This document shows, piece after piece, positions 47,447-56,749 of a DNA stretch of 64,000 nucleotides; position 1 is the stretch's first letter; each line of letters begins with the position of its first letter. Position numbers and translations under genes: made by a program. The DNA is from Candidatus Krumholzibacteriia bacterium (GTDB lineage Bacteria > Krumholzibacteriota > Krumholzibacteriia > JAJRXK01): positions 416,001 through 480,000 of the forward strand of contig JBGPIA010000002.1 in assembly GCA_041484665.1 (NCBI GenBank), given 5' to 3'. The notes below the pieces were generated by a model that saw only the letters and a list, made by a program, of their open reading frames with translations, was not told where the DNA came from and did no database searches.

Positions 47447-48697
47447 CTACTTACGTCCCGGTCGATCGCGCAGCAGGCGGCGCTCGATCCGCCCCAGCCG
47501 GTGCAGGAGCGGACTGGTCGCCTCGGGGTCGCCGCTCGCACGCAACTCGTGCACCGAGGCCAGCCGCAGCGCCTCCTGTACCACGGCGCGCGCGGCGGCG
47601 AAGTCGCGGCACACGTGCTCCTGGATCTTCGCGATCTCCACCAGCGGCGCGGTCGACGACGGCGCCATCTGGCGCAGACGCGCGAGCGCCGCCAGCGCCG
47701 CGTCCACGTTTCCCAGCTTGCGATGGCAGCGCGCCAGGTGTGTCAGAGCGCGCTCCGCGAGCACGCAGTCGTCAGCGCCGGCTACCTCCCCCAGCAGGCG
47801 CGCCGCGTCCGTGAGCTCCCCGCGCGCAAGCAGCAGCCGGGCCACGGCCAGGTGCGCCTGCGGCGGCAGCGCCCGCGTGTGGGGCGCTCCAAGGTAGGCG
47901 GCGGCCACCACGCCGGAAAGGGCGAGCAGGCTCTCGACGTCGCGGCGGTTGTGGTCGGCGATGGGACCCAGCCCCCGGTCGGTGCCATCGGCCAGATAGG
48001 CCTGATAGATCAGCGGCGCCTCGCGACCAGGGATGTCGTCGGCATCGCGCGGGCTCCCCAGGAACTCGCGCTCCACGGTGGGCAGCCGCGCGTCGGGCAT
48101 CCAGCCGACGCCCAGCCGGCGCACCGGGTGCAGCAGATCCAGATGCGGCAGCGCGAGCCAGTCCTCATCGAGGCGATGGATGCGCATGCGCGCGCGCAGC
48201 CGCGGCAGGTCGAAGGAGCGCCCGTTGTAGGTGACCAGCGCGCGCGCCGATTGCAGGTCCTCGCCCAGTGCCGCCAGCATCGCGCGCTCGCCCGCGGGCT
48301 CGGGAAGGAAGTACTGGATGCGCCGTGCGCCGGCCTCGTCCCACAGGATCACCGCCGCGAGGAAAACGATCGTCCCCACACCACCGGAGAGCCCCGTGGT
48401 CTCGGTGTCGAGTACCGCCCAGGGACCGGCGTCGTGCGCCGGGCAGGCCTGGCCGCTGGCCAGGGCGAAGGCGCGGGTGGGGACGACGATCGACGGCGGG
48501 CCCGGCCACAGCGGGGGGCCGACGTCCTCCTCGATGCGAAGGTAGCCGCAGGGCGCGCGTCCCACCCAGTGGGCGCCGCGCGCCAGCAGCGCCTCCAGCG
48601 GGCGGCCGCCGCCGGCTTGGCGCGCCGCGCTGCTCACGACCGCGGCGTCCGGCGGCCTTGAGCGATCGAACTGCGCCAGACGCGCCCGCAGGTCCAC
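47447..48697 (-). CDS. YprB/MrfB-like RNase H-like exonuclease with C-terminal TPR-like region
   Basis: LDTETTGL, TYNGRSFDLP, HLDLLH, HNRRDV; adjacent to the YprA-like helicase. Confidence 0.85.
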   Translation of the reverse strand: MDLRARLAQFDRSRPPDAAVVSSAARQAGGGRPLEALLARGAHWVGRAPCGYLRIEEDVGPPLWPGPPSIVVPTRAFALASGQACPAHDAGPWAVLDTETTGLSGGVGTIVFLAAVILWDEAGARRIQYFLPEPAGERAMLAALGEDLQSARALVTYNGRSFDLPRLRARMRIHRLDEDWLALPHLDLLHPVRRLGVGWMPDARLPTVEREFLGSPRDADDIPGREAPLIYQAYLADGTDRGLGPIADHNRRDVESLLALSGVVAAAYLGAPHTRALPPQAHLAVARLLLARGELTDAARLLGEVAGADDCVLAERALTHLARCHRKLGNVDAALAALARLRQMAPSSTAPLVEIAKIQEHVCRDFAAARAVVQEALRLASVHELRASGDPEATSPLLHRLGRIERRLLRDRPGRK

Positions 48698-48718
48698 GCG
48701 CCATCACCCCCGGGGTGC

Positions 48719-51061
48719 CTACGCCTGCGCGGCGGACGCCGGCGTCGCGACGGCCGTCTGCGCTGCGCGCGGCGCGGAGGAGGTCGCCCGCTGGGCGTGG
48801 GCCCCGCCGAGGATGAGGAGTGCAAGCGCGCTGGTCTTGGCGTGGTGGCCGGCCGCCAGCACGCTGCCCACGCAGCTCGGGCAGCCCTCGGTGCAGGCGC
48901 AGCGCGTAAGCCGGTCGGCGGCCGCTTCCAGCAGCAGCTCGTGCCGGTCGAACAGCCGGCGGCTGAAGCCCACCCCGCCTGGGTAGGTGTCGTAGATGAA
49001 CACCGTGGGACGGTCGGTGATCGGCGACTTGATCATGGGGACGCTGCGGATGTCAGCCGGGTCGGACATGATATAGAAGGGCGCCACCTGCCCCAGCAGC
49101 GTCGCCAGCCCCTTCAGGCCATCCCCCAGCTCCAGCCCCTGCTGCCGCAGCGCGCCCTCCAGCGCCAGATCGAGCTCCCACCAGTAGCTGGTGGTGTGGT
49201 GCTCCAGCTCCGGCAGATGGATGGGCCCCGCCCCGAGGTTCTCGTGGGTGCCGAGCTTGATCTTCTTGAACATCGTGGCCTTGGTGATCAGCCCGATCTC
49301 GCCATGGGCCTTGGCGCCCGCGGCCACCGCACGGCGGTCCTCCACCTGCAGGGCGTGGATCTCGGTCTTCAGCTGCGCGTCGGTGTAGTAGTCGACATTC
49401 ACCGCGCGCACGAAGGCCTGCTTGCGCTCCCAATCGAGGCGGTCGACGTGGTACTGGCGTCCCTCGTGGAGGTAGATCGCGTCATCGTGCAGCAGCAGCT
49501 GCGCACTCAAGAGGTCCGTTTCGCCGATCACGGTATTCTGCCGCGTGGTGTCCACGATCACCACGTTTTCGATGCTGGCGCTGCGCAGGCTCACGTCCTC
49601 GGCGGGATAGGTGTCGGCGATCCAGTGCCACTTGTCGCCGCTGCGCGTGATGACGCGCTGCCCCTGCAGGTACTCGAGCACTTCCTGCGTGGTGGAGACG
49701 CCGAACAGCTCCTCGACGGTGAACGGCAGCTCGAACGCCGCGCACTTGATGTGCGAGAGCAAGATGGCCAGGTTGTCGGGGTCGACGATCGCAAGCTCGG
49801 GGCTGCTGGACAGGAAGAACTCCGGGTGCTCGATGATGTACTGGTCCAGGGGCGCGGAACTGGCCACCAGCACCGCCACGCTCACGCCGCGGCGCCGCCC
49901 GGCGCGCCCCGACTGCTGCCAGGTGCTGGCGATGGTCCCGGGGTAGCCGGCCATGATGCACACGTCGAGCTGCCCGATGTCGATCCCCAGCTCCAGCGCG
50001 TTGGTCGAGGCCACCGCACTCACCGACCCATCGCGCAGCCCCTGCTCGATGGCGCGCCGTTCGTTGGGCAGGTAGCCGCCGCGGTAGCCGCGGGCGCGGG
50101 AGGCGGGCTTCTTCAGCCGCGTAAGCGCCCGCTTCAGGTAGGTGAGCAACAGCTCCACCCGCAGGCGGCTGCGCCCGAAGACGATCACCTGGACCTCGGT
50201 GGAAAGGAAGTCGGCGGCCAGCCGGGCCGACTCCTTGATCACCGACCGACGGATCCCCAGCTCGGCGTTGACCACCGGCGGGTTGTAGAAGATCAGGTGC
50301 TTGGTCGCCGATGGCGCGCCATTGTCGTCCACCAGCTCCGCGTCGCGGCCCAGCAGCGCGCGCGCGTGTTCGACCGGGTTGGCGATGGTGGCGCTGCTGC
50401 ACAGGAAGATCGGATCGCTGCCATAGAACGCGCAGAGCCGGCGCAGCCGCCGCAGCACGTTGGCCAGGTGGCTGCCGAAGACGCCGCGGTACTGGTGGAT
50501 CTCGTCGATGACCACATAACGCAGGTTCTCGAACAGCTTCATCCAGGCCGTGTGGTGCGGCAGGATCCCCTGGTGGAGCATGTCGGGATTGGTCACCACG
50601 ATGTGCCCCGCCTCACGGATCGTGCGCCGCGCCGCCGCCGGCGTATCGCCGTCGAAGGTGTAGGTCTTGATGTCGGCGCCCGTGGCGTGCACCAGCCCGT
50701 GCAACTCCTGCAGCTGATCCTGGCTGAGCGCCTTGGTGGGAAAGAGATAGAGCGCGCGCGCCTCTGGTTCCTGCAGGCAACGCTGCAGCACCGGCAGGTT
50801 GTAGCACAGCGTCTTGCCGCTGGCCGTGGGGGTCACGACCACGGTGCTGCGCCCCTGCCGGGCGTGGGCCCAGGCGGTGGCCTGATGGGTGTAGAGCTGC
50901 TGGATGCCGCGCGAGCGCAGCGCGTCACGCAGCCGCAGGTCGAGGTCTGCGGGCAGCGGCACCGTGCGCGCGGGCCGCGCGGGGAGCACGTGCCATAGGG
51001 TGACGTTGCGGCAAAACTCCGGCGAGGAGCGCAGCCGATCGAGGAGCTGCTCGAGGTTCAC
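48719..51061 (-). CDS. YprA/MrfA/Hrq1-family DEAH helicase with DUF1998 zinc domain
   Basis: TPTASGKT, TNPDML, DEIH, SSATIANP, QQSGRAGRR, YPGGVG, CACTEGCPSC. Confidence 0.92.
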   Translation of the reverse strand: MNLEQLLDRLRSSPEFCRNVTLWHVLPARPARTVPLPADLDLRLRDALRSRGIQQLYTHQATAWAHARQGRSTVVVTPTASGKTLCYNLPVLQRCLQEPEARALYLFPTKALSQDQLQELHGLVHATGADIKTYTFDGDTPAAARRTIREAGHIVVTNPDMLHQGILPHHTAWMKLFENLRYVVIDEIHQYRGVFGSHLANVLRRLRRLCAFYGSDPIFLCSSATIANPVEHARALLGRDAELVDDNGAPSATKHLIFYNPPVVNAELGIRRSVIKESARLAADFLSTEVQVIVFGRSRLRVELLLTYLKRALTRLKKPASRARGYRGGYLPNERRAIEQGLRDGSVSAVASTNALELGIDIGQLDVCIMAGYPGTIASTWQQSGRAGRRRGVSVAVLVASSAPLDQYIIEHPEFFLSSSPELAIVDPDNLAILLSHIKCAAFELPFTVEELFGVSTTQEVLEYLQGQRVITRSGDKWHWIADTYPAEDVSLRSASIENVVIVDTTRQNTVIGETDLLSAQLLLHDDAIYLHEGRQYHVDRLDWERKQAFVRAVNVDYYTDAQLKTEIHALQVEDRRAVAAGAKAHGEIGLITKATMFKKIKLGTHENLGAGPIHLPELEHHTTSYWWELDLALEGALRQQGLELGDGLKGLATLLGQVAPFYIMSDPADIRSVPMIKSPITDRPTVFIYDTYPGGVGFSRRLFDRHELLLEAAADRLTRCACTEGCPSCVGSVLAAGHHAKTSALALLILGGAHAQRATSSAPRAAQTAVATPASAAQA

Positions 51062-51156
51062 GGGCTCTCCTCATCATGATCCCCGCCCCGGGATCCGCTC
51101 TCTTGCGGGGCGCGGCAGGCCGACCCGACCCGCGTGCGGCCCGGCGGGCCCCCGGA

Positions 51157-51447
51157 CTACGGGTTGGGCGGATTGGGTGGACCGGGCGGACCCGGCGGGC
51201 TGGGCGGGGCCGGCGGGCTGGCCTTCCCCGGGTCGATCCGGCGCGCCTCCTGCACCTCGGATTGGACGTCGTTCTGCAGCTCCCGGGTCGCGGCCTTGAA
51301 CTTGCGGATCGACTTGCCCAGCGCCTCTGCGATCTCGGGGAGCTTCTGCGGCCCGAAGAAGATGATGACCACGCCGAAGATCAGCATCGCCTCCGGCCAC
51401 CCGATGTTGGGCAGGAAGGCGAGCGGAAGCATCGAAGCCGGAAGCAT
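51157..51447 (-). CDS. tatA: Twin-arginine translocase TatA/TatE subunit
   Basis: IGWPE..IFGVVIIFFGPQKLPEIAEALGKSIRKFK; Pro-rich tail. Confidence 0.92.
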   Translation of the reverse strand: MLPASMLPLAFLPNIGWPEAMLIFGVVIIFFGPQKLPEIAEALGKSIRKFKAATRELQNDVQSEVQEARRIDPGKASPPAPPSPPGPPGPPNPPNP

Positions 51448-51476
51448 GGAAGCCTGCTTTCCCCTCCTGGAGCGCG

Positions 51477-51743
51477 CTAGCGGAACCACCGCAATAGCTG
51501 CGCCACCAGGAAGATACCGATCACGCTCATGAGGTTCACGTGCACGTAGAACCCAAGCGTGAGATGGAACACGATCAGATTGATCGGCATCGGGCCGAAC
51601 CCGAACTCCTCGTACTGCACGAAGAGCTGATGGGCCGTGCTGCCGTTGCGCAGGAACAGCCCGATGGCCTGGCTCAGCACACTGCCCACGACGATCCCCA
51701 GGAAGAACGTCAGGGTCAAGAACGCCACGGACCGGCGGGACAG
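51477..51743 (-). CDS. DUF4321-like small membrane protein
   Basis: Two hydrophobic segments, INLIVFHLTLGFYVHVNLMSVIG; best RBS (AGGAGG) precedes a CTG codon. Confidence 0.7.
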   Translation of the reverse strand: MSRRSVAFLTLTFFLGIVVGSVLSQAIGLFLRNGSTAHQLFVQYEEFGFGPMPINLIVFHLTLGFYVHVNLMSVIGIFLVAQLLRWFR

Positions 51744-51765
51744 CGCTCGACCTCCTGTCGCGGGC

Positions 51766-52342
51766 TCAGCGGGTTCGCTGAAGCCCGGGGCAAGATAGCA
51801 TGGGGAGGCCGAGTCCGGAAGGTCGGGAAGGTCCGCCCGCAGCCGGCCCCGGCCGCCGGGCCCCCGGTGCGCCGGGGGCGGCGGAGCGCGGGGCGCGCGA
51901 GCCCCCTCGCGTGGTTGGGGGAGCGGCCCGGGCGACACCGCCACGGCCGCGCGGCGCGGCGAACAGCCGCAGCCGCGGGGCATCCTGGCCGAGGATCAGG
52001 GTGAGATCGGCGGGCCGGCGCGCCGGTCTGCTCCAGGACGACCAGCCGCGGTCCGACGCGCTCACCCAGCCGGCGCGCCGGCCAGGGGTCGCCGGGGTGG
52101 ACCACGAGCACGGTGCGCGCGCAGTCGCGCCGCGGCCCGTCACCCGTGGACACCACATCCTGACCCAGCGCGCGCAGCGCCGCCGCCGCCCGCGCGGCGA
52201 GCACCTCGCTCCCACAGCCGTCGAGCACCTCCACAGTCATACGCGCGCTCGGCGCCGCGGGCGGCTTGTGCAGCGCGGCCCGGGCCAAAGACGCTCCGCA
52301 GGCCAGGACCAGTCCCGCACCCAGCCAGCGGAATCGTCTCAC
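51766..52342 (-). pseudogene. LytR C-terminal domain protein, frameshifted
   Basis: VEVLDGCG..LAARAAAALRALGQDVVSTGD in one frame; the closing motif ADLTLILGQD in the +1 frame, switching at about 52010-52030. Confidence 0.65.
51792..51800 (-). promoter_or_regulatory. Extended -10 element upstream of DUF4321-tatA
   Basis: TGC-TATCTT about 50 nt upstream of the start. Confidence 0.45.
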
Positions 52343-52420
52343 GCCACGCTCCGCTGGCCGGATTGCGTCTGCCGCCGCCTCACGGAGCACGTTCCGGGGC
52401 GCCCGGCGTTCGCTCCCGGT

Positions 52421-52912
52421 TCACGGTGCGCTTCCCTGCGCGAAGAGCGGCTGCAGCCGGCGGTAGGTCTCGGGGAGGGTCTCGGGCAGCACGCGCGTAT
52501 CGCCCACGACCGTGACGAAATTGGTATCGCCGCCCCAGCGTGGGAGCATGTGCCAGTGGACGTGGCCGTGGACGCCGGCGCCGGCGGAGCGGCCCAGGTT
52601 GAGACCGATGTTCATCCCCTGGGGATTGTACGCCGCGCGCAGCGCCGCCTCCGCACGGCGCAACAGCGCGGGATACGCGCGCTGCTCGTCGAGCGTCAGC
52701 TCGTCCAGGCTGCCGGCATGGCGGCGTGTGACCACCATCAGGTGCCCCGTGGTGTAGGGATACTTGTTGAGCACGACGAACCAATGGGCCTCGCGTGCCA
52801 GGATGCCCGCCTCCTCGTCGCCCTGCTGCTGGATGCGGCAGAGGATGCAGCCCGACGGTGTGTCGAGGCTGGTCACGTACTCCCGCCGCCACGGGGTGTA
52901 CAGCCTATCCAC
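52421..52912 (-). CDS. HIT-family hydrolase (Ap4A hydrolase-like)
   Basis: LYTPWR, CILC, LNKYPYTTGHLMV, NLGRSAGAG..HVHWHMLPRW.GDTNF. Confidence 0.93.
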   Translation of the reverse strand: MDRLYTPWRREYVTSLDTPSGCILCRIQQQGDEEAGILAREAHWFVVLNKYPYTTGHLMVVTRRHAGSLDELTLDEQRAYPALLRRAEAALRAAYNPQGMNIGLNLGRSAGAGVHGHVHWHMLPRWGGDTNFVTVVGDTRVLPETLPETYRRLQPLFAQGSAP

Positions 52913-53648
52913 GCGACATCACCTCCAGGTCGCGCTCGGCGCGCCGCAGGTCGTCCAGGGTATTGATCCCCTGCACCTCCCGCTCGTCGGCGCAGACCGC
53001 CCCCTCGACCGTGCGCCCATCGGCGACCAGCAATCCGATCACGTCGGTGAGGTAGTACTCACCTTGGGCGTTGCGGCGGTCGATGCGCGCCAGGTACGGC
53101 CACAAGAGCTCGTTGCGGAAGCAGTAGGTCCCCGTGTTGTACTCGCGCACGGCGCGCTGCTGCGGCGTGGCGTCCTTGTGCTCGACGATCCCTACGACGT
53201 GGCCGGCGCCGTCGCGCAGGATGCGTCCGTAGCCCGCGGGATCGCTGGCGATGGCGGTCAGCACCGTGGCCGCGCAGCCGCTGTCGCGCGTGCGCCCCAC
53301 CAGGTCCCGCACCGTTTGCGCGCGCAGCAGAGGCACGTCCCCGCACAGCACCGCGACCATCCCCTCGCGCCCGCGCAGCATCGGCTCGGCCTGCTGCACC
53401 GCATGGCCGGTCCCCAGGCGCTCCGCCTGCAGCGCCGTCGCGACCCCGTAGGGCGCGCAGACCGCGCGCACGCGCTCGGCCTGGTGGCCGACGATCACCA
53501 CCGTCTCGGCGGCGCCGAGCTCCGCCAGCGAGTCGAGCACATACGCCAGCATCGGTCGCTGCCTCAGCGGATGCAGCACCTTCGCCAGATCGCTGTTCAT
53601 GCGCGTTCCCTGGCCCGCAGCCAGGACGACGGCGCTCAGCCTCTCCAT
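52905..53648 (-). CDS. Nucleotidyltransferase matching the GlmU N-terminal uridyltransferase domain only
   Basis: LAAGQGTRM..AKVLH, LGTGHAV, GDVPLL, YGRILR, NAQGEYYLTD, GIN; ends without a hexapeptide domain. Confidence 0.9.
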   Translation of the reverse strand: MERLSAVVLAAGQGTRMNSDLAKVLHPLRQRPMLAYVLDSLAELGAAETVVIVGHQAERVRAVCAPYGVATALQAERLGTGHAVQQAEPMLRGREGMVAVLCGDVPLLRAQTVRDLVGRTRDSGCAATVLTAIASDPAGYGRILRDGAGHVVGIVEHKDATPQQRAVREYNTGTYCFRNELLWPYLARIDRRNAQGEYYLTDVIGLLVADGRTVEGAVCADEREVQGINTLDDLRRAERDLEVMSRG

Positions 53649-54577
53649 CCCACCCTCGCACCGGCGCGCGGCGGCGCCAGGGCCGTGTCCTCCAGCAACG
53701 GCGCCTCCGCGACGCCGTCGTCGCGCACCTCCAGGCAGAGGTTGTCGATGAGCCTGGCGCTGCCCACGTGCGCCGCCACCGCCAGCAGCATCCGTCCGCG
53801 CGCCGCGGCCGGATGCGCGAGATCGGGCACCGTGCACAGCTCGGCGTAGTCGAAGCGCAGGTGCGTGCCAAGCGCGTGGCGCATCGCCTCTTCAACGCGC
53901 GCGACGCTACGCTCGCCGCCCTCCAATGCGCGCTGGCCAGCGCGCAACGCCCCGTGCAACCGCAGCGCCTCGACCCGGTCGGACGGCGACAGGTATCGGT
54001 TGCGGCTGCTGAGCGCCAGACCGTCGGCGTCGCGCACCGTCGGCGCGATCACGATGCGCACGGGCAGGCGCAGGTCGCGCGTCATCCGGTGGAGGATCAG
54101 TCCCTGTTGCGCGTCCTTCTGGCCGAAGACGGCGATGTCGGGTTGGACCAGGCCGAACAGCTTCGCCACCACCGTCGTCACGCCACGGAAGTGCCCCGGG
54201 CGGAACGCGCCGCACAGCGGCGCCGCGAGCCCCACGACCTCCACCCAGGTGGAGTCGCCAGCGCCGTACATCCGCTCCGCCGTGGGCGCGAACACTGCGA
54301 CCACGTCCAGGGGTGCCAGCAGCTCCAGGTCGCGCCGCAGGTCGCGCGGGTAGCTCTGGAAATCCTCCCCCGGGCCGAATTGGGTGGGATTGACGAAGAT
54401 GGAGACCACGACCGCCCCCAGCGTCGCGCCGAGGCGGACCAGGCTCAGGTGTCCATCGTGCAAGTCGCCCATGGTGGGCACCAGGACCACTGGTCGCGCC
54501 GCCGCCCTCAGCTCGCGGACCTGCGCGCGCAGCGCCGCCTCGTCCTCGATCGCGCTCAGGCGCCGCGGCTGCTCCAC
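53636..54577 (-). CDS. panC: Pantoate--beta-alanine ligase
   Basis: VPTMGDLHDGH, FVNPTQF, RPGHFRGV, FGQKDAQQ, ALSSRN, RLIDN. Confidence 0.97.
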   Translation of the reverse strand: MEQPRRLSAIEDEAALRAQVRELRAAARPVVLVPTMGDLHDGHLSLVRLGATLGAVVVSIFVNPTQFGPGEDFQSYPRDLRRDLELLAPLDVVAVFAPTAERMYGAGDSTWVEVVGLAAPLCGAFRPGHFRGVTTVVAKLFGLVQPDIAVFGQKDAQQGLILHRMTRDLRLPVRIVIAPTVRDADGLALSSRNRYLSPSDRVEALRLHGALRAGQRALEGGERSVARVEEAMRHALGTHLRFDYAELCTVPDLAHPAAARGRMLLAVAAHVGSARLIDNLCLEVRDDGVAEAPLLEDTALAPPRAGARVGWRG

Positions 54578-54578
54578 C

Positions 54579-55424
54579 TCACGGCCTCCCGGCGCTCTTC
54601 TTCACCTTCCCGCGCCCGCCGGGCGCGCCGTAGCTCTGCTCGAGCGTGGGAAAGGTGCCCTGGCGTACCTCTTCGGCGTAGCGCTGGACGGCCTCGGTGA
54701 TGGCATCGCCCAGGCGTGCGTACTGCTTGACGAACTTCGGCACGAAGTCATCCGAGAAGCCCAGCAGGTCCTGGAAGACCAGCACCTGCCCGTCGCAGTG
54801 CGGGCCCGCGCCGATACCGATGGTCGGGATCGCGGCCTGCGCGGTGATCTGCCGGGCGAGCTCCCATGGGATGCACTCCAGCACCAGCGCGCTGGCCCCG
54901 GCCTCCTCCACTTCGCGGGCCTGCACCAGAAGGCGCGCGGCGGACTGCTCGTCCTTGCCCTGCACGCGGTAGCCGCTGAAGGCGTGCACCGACTGCGGCG
55001 TCAACCCCAGGTGCCCCCACACCGGGATGTCGGCGCGGACCACCGTCTCGATGCACGCGAGGCGCTCGCCCGCCCCCTCGATCTTCACCGCCTCGGCGCC
55101 CCCCTCCTGCACCAGGCGGATGGAGGCGTCCAGCGCTGCGGCCGCGCCACGCTGGAAAGTGCCAAAGGGCAGGTCGGCCACGACCAGCCCCGCCGGGCGC
55201 GCCCGCGTGACGCACGCGGTGTGGTAGATCATGTGCTCGACGGTCACCGGCAGCGTGCTGCCGTGCCCCTGGATCACGTTGCCCAGGCTGTCCCCCACCA
55301 GCAGCACGTCCACGCCGGCTTGGTCCAGCAGGCGCGCGGCTGACCAGTCGTAGGCCGTCACCACCACAATGCGTTTGCCCTGCGTCTTCATGGCCAGCAG
55401 ATCGGCACGGGTCACCTTCGCCAT
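54579..55424 (-). CDS. panB: 3-methyl-2-oxobutanoate hydroxymethyltransferase
   Basis: TAYD, LVGDSLG, AVKIEG, GHLGLTPQS, IGIGAG..CDGQVLV. Confidence 0.97.
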   Translation of the reverse strand: MAKVTRADLLAMKTQGKRIVVVTAYDWSAARLLDQAGVDVLLVGDSLGNVIQGHGSTLPVTVEHMIYHTACVTRARPAGLVVADLPFGTFQRGAAAALDASIRLVQEGGAEAVKIEGAGERLACIETVVRADIPVWGHLGLTPQSVHAFSGYRVQGKDEQSAARLLVQAREVEEAGASALVLECIPWELARQITAQAAIPTIGIGAGPHCDGQVLVFQDLLGFSDDFVPKFVKQYARLGDAITEAVQRYAEEVRQGTFPTLEQSYGAPGGRGKVKKSAGRP

Positions 55425-55427
55425 CCT

Positions 55428-56081
55428 CTATTCCTTCCAGGAGGGGACGTAGTACTGGGTGCCGGAGAAGGGCAGGACGATCCGCTGCAACAAGTCCTCG
55501 TAGTGGCTCCGGTTGCGCACGAAATCGAGCTCGTTGCTGTTGACGATCAACAGCGGCGTATCGCGGTAGTGGAAGAAGAAGAAGTTGTACGCCTCGTTGA
55601 GCGTCTGGATATAGGCCTCCTCGATCTCCCGCTCGAAGCTGCGGCCGCGCAGGCGGATGCGCGTCAGGAGGACGTCGGTGCTGGCCTGCAGGTAGATGAC
55701 CAGATCGGGGCGCGGGATGCGCTCCTCGAGCACGCCGGCCAGGCGCTCGTACAGGCGGAGCTCGTCGTCGGCGAGGTTGATGTTAGCAAAGATGCGATCC
55801 TTGGCAAACAGGTAGTCCGAGACGACGCGCTCCTGGAACAGGTCCATCTGCGCCAGAGTCTGCTGCTGTTGGAAACGGCTGAGCAAAAAGAAGATCTGCG
55901 TGACGAAGGCGTAGGCGACGCGGTCCTTGTAGAAGCGCGGGAGGAACGGGTTCTCCTCGACCACCTCCAGATTGGCGCGCGCGCCCAGCGACTCGGACAA
56001 CAACCGGCAAAGGCTGGTCTTGCCGACGCCGATCACGCCCTCCACGACCGTATAGCGCCAGGGACAGGTCACGGCGGTCAT
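55428..56081 (-). CDS. Deoxynucleoside kinase
   Basis: EGVIGVGKT, NPFLPRFY, QIFFLLSR, PDLVIYL, RGRSFE; ATGA overlap with folK. Confidence 0.93.
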   Translation of the reverse strand: MTAVTCPWRYTVVEGVIGVGKTSLCRLLSESLGARANLEVVEENPFLPRFYKDRVAYAFVTQIFFLLSRFQQQQTLAQMDLFQERVVSDYLFAKDRIFANINLADDELRLYERLAGVLEERIPRPDLVIYLQASTDVLLTRIRLRGRSFEREIEEAYIQTLNEAYNFFFFHYRDTPLLIVNSNELDFVRNRSHYEDLLQRIVLPFSGTQYYVPSWKE

Positions 56082-56686
56082 CCGAAGGCCTCCTGCCACC
56101 ATCCGGCACCGGCAACGCACTCCACGCGCTGGCGGGCGATGTCGGGCAGCGACAACAGCTCGCCGACCGCGCGCTCGACTCCGGGCAACCACAGGTCGGG
56201 CTCGAGCTCGCAGAGCGGCTCCAGCACGAAGCGGCGCTCGTGCACCCGCGGGTGTGGCACGGTCAACTCGGCGGTCGAGACGCAATGGCGGCCGTAGAGC
56301 AGCACGTCCACGTCCAGGGAGCGCGCGATCATGTGCGTATCCGGCGGGCGACCTGCCCTGCGCTGCAGATCCTGGGCCTGCAGGAGCAGCTCGAGCGGGG
56401 CCAGCCCGGTCAACAGACGCACGCAGGCGTTCAGGTAGGGCGGCTGGCTGCCCGGTCCCTGGAATGCGGTCTCGTACAGACTGCTGACACCTGCCAGCCG
56501 GGTCGCCGGCCACTGCCCCATCTGCTGGATCGCGTGCGCGAGCTGGCGCTGGCGGTCGCCGAGATTGCCGCCCAGGCCCAGGAACGCGGTCGTCGCCGTG
56601 CCGGCGCGGACACGCGCCGGGGAGGTCACCCGGCTGCCCGGGACCGCCTTGGCCGGGCGGCTCGTGCGGCGCATGCGAGGGTCCAT
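56078..56686 (-). CDS. folK: 2-amino-4-hydroxy-6-hydroxymethyldihydropteridine diphosphokinase
   Basis: FLGLGGNLGDR, SSLYET, YLNA, RSLDVDVLLYG, PHPRVHERRFVLEPL. Confidence 0.95.
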   Translation of the reverse strand: MDPRMRRTSRPAKAVPGSRVTSPARVRAGTATTAFLGLGGNLGDRQRQLAHAIQQMGQWPATRLAGVSSLYETAFQGPGSQPPYLNACVRLLTGLAPLELLLQAQDLQRRAGRPPDTHMIARSLDVDVLLYGRHCVSTAELTVPHPRVHERRFVLEPLCELEPDLWLPGVERAVGELLSLPDIARQRVECVAGAGWWQEAFG

Positions 56687-56695
56687 GGCGGCCCT

Positions 56696-56724
56696 ACCCT
56701 AGCAGGGGGTTGGGGCATTTCCAA
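56696..56724 (-). promoter_or_regulatory. Putative sigma70 promoter for the folK-dNK-panBC cluster
   Basis: TTGGAA-N17-TAGGGT with TGn extension. Confidence 0.5.
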
Positions 56725-56749
56725 GGGCGCGCGGCCCGCCCGGCCGCGG

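Noticed and set aside
51805..51850. SRP RNA-like GTCCGGAAGG
   Set aside because: Lacks the flanking CAGG and AGCAG of helix 8 and a long enclosing stem.
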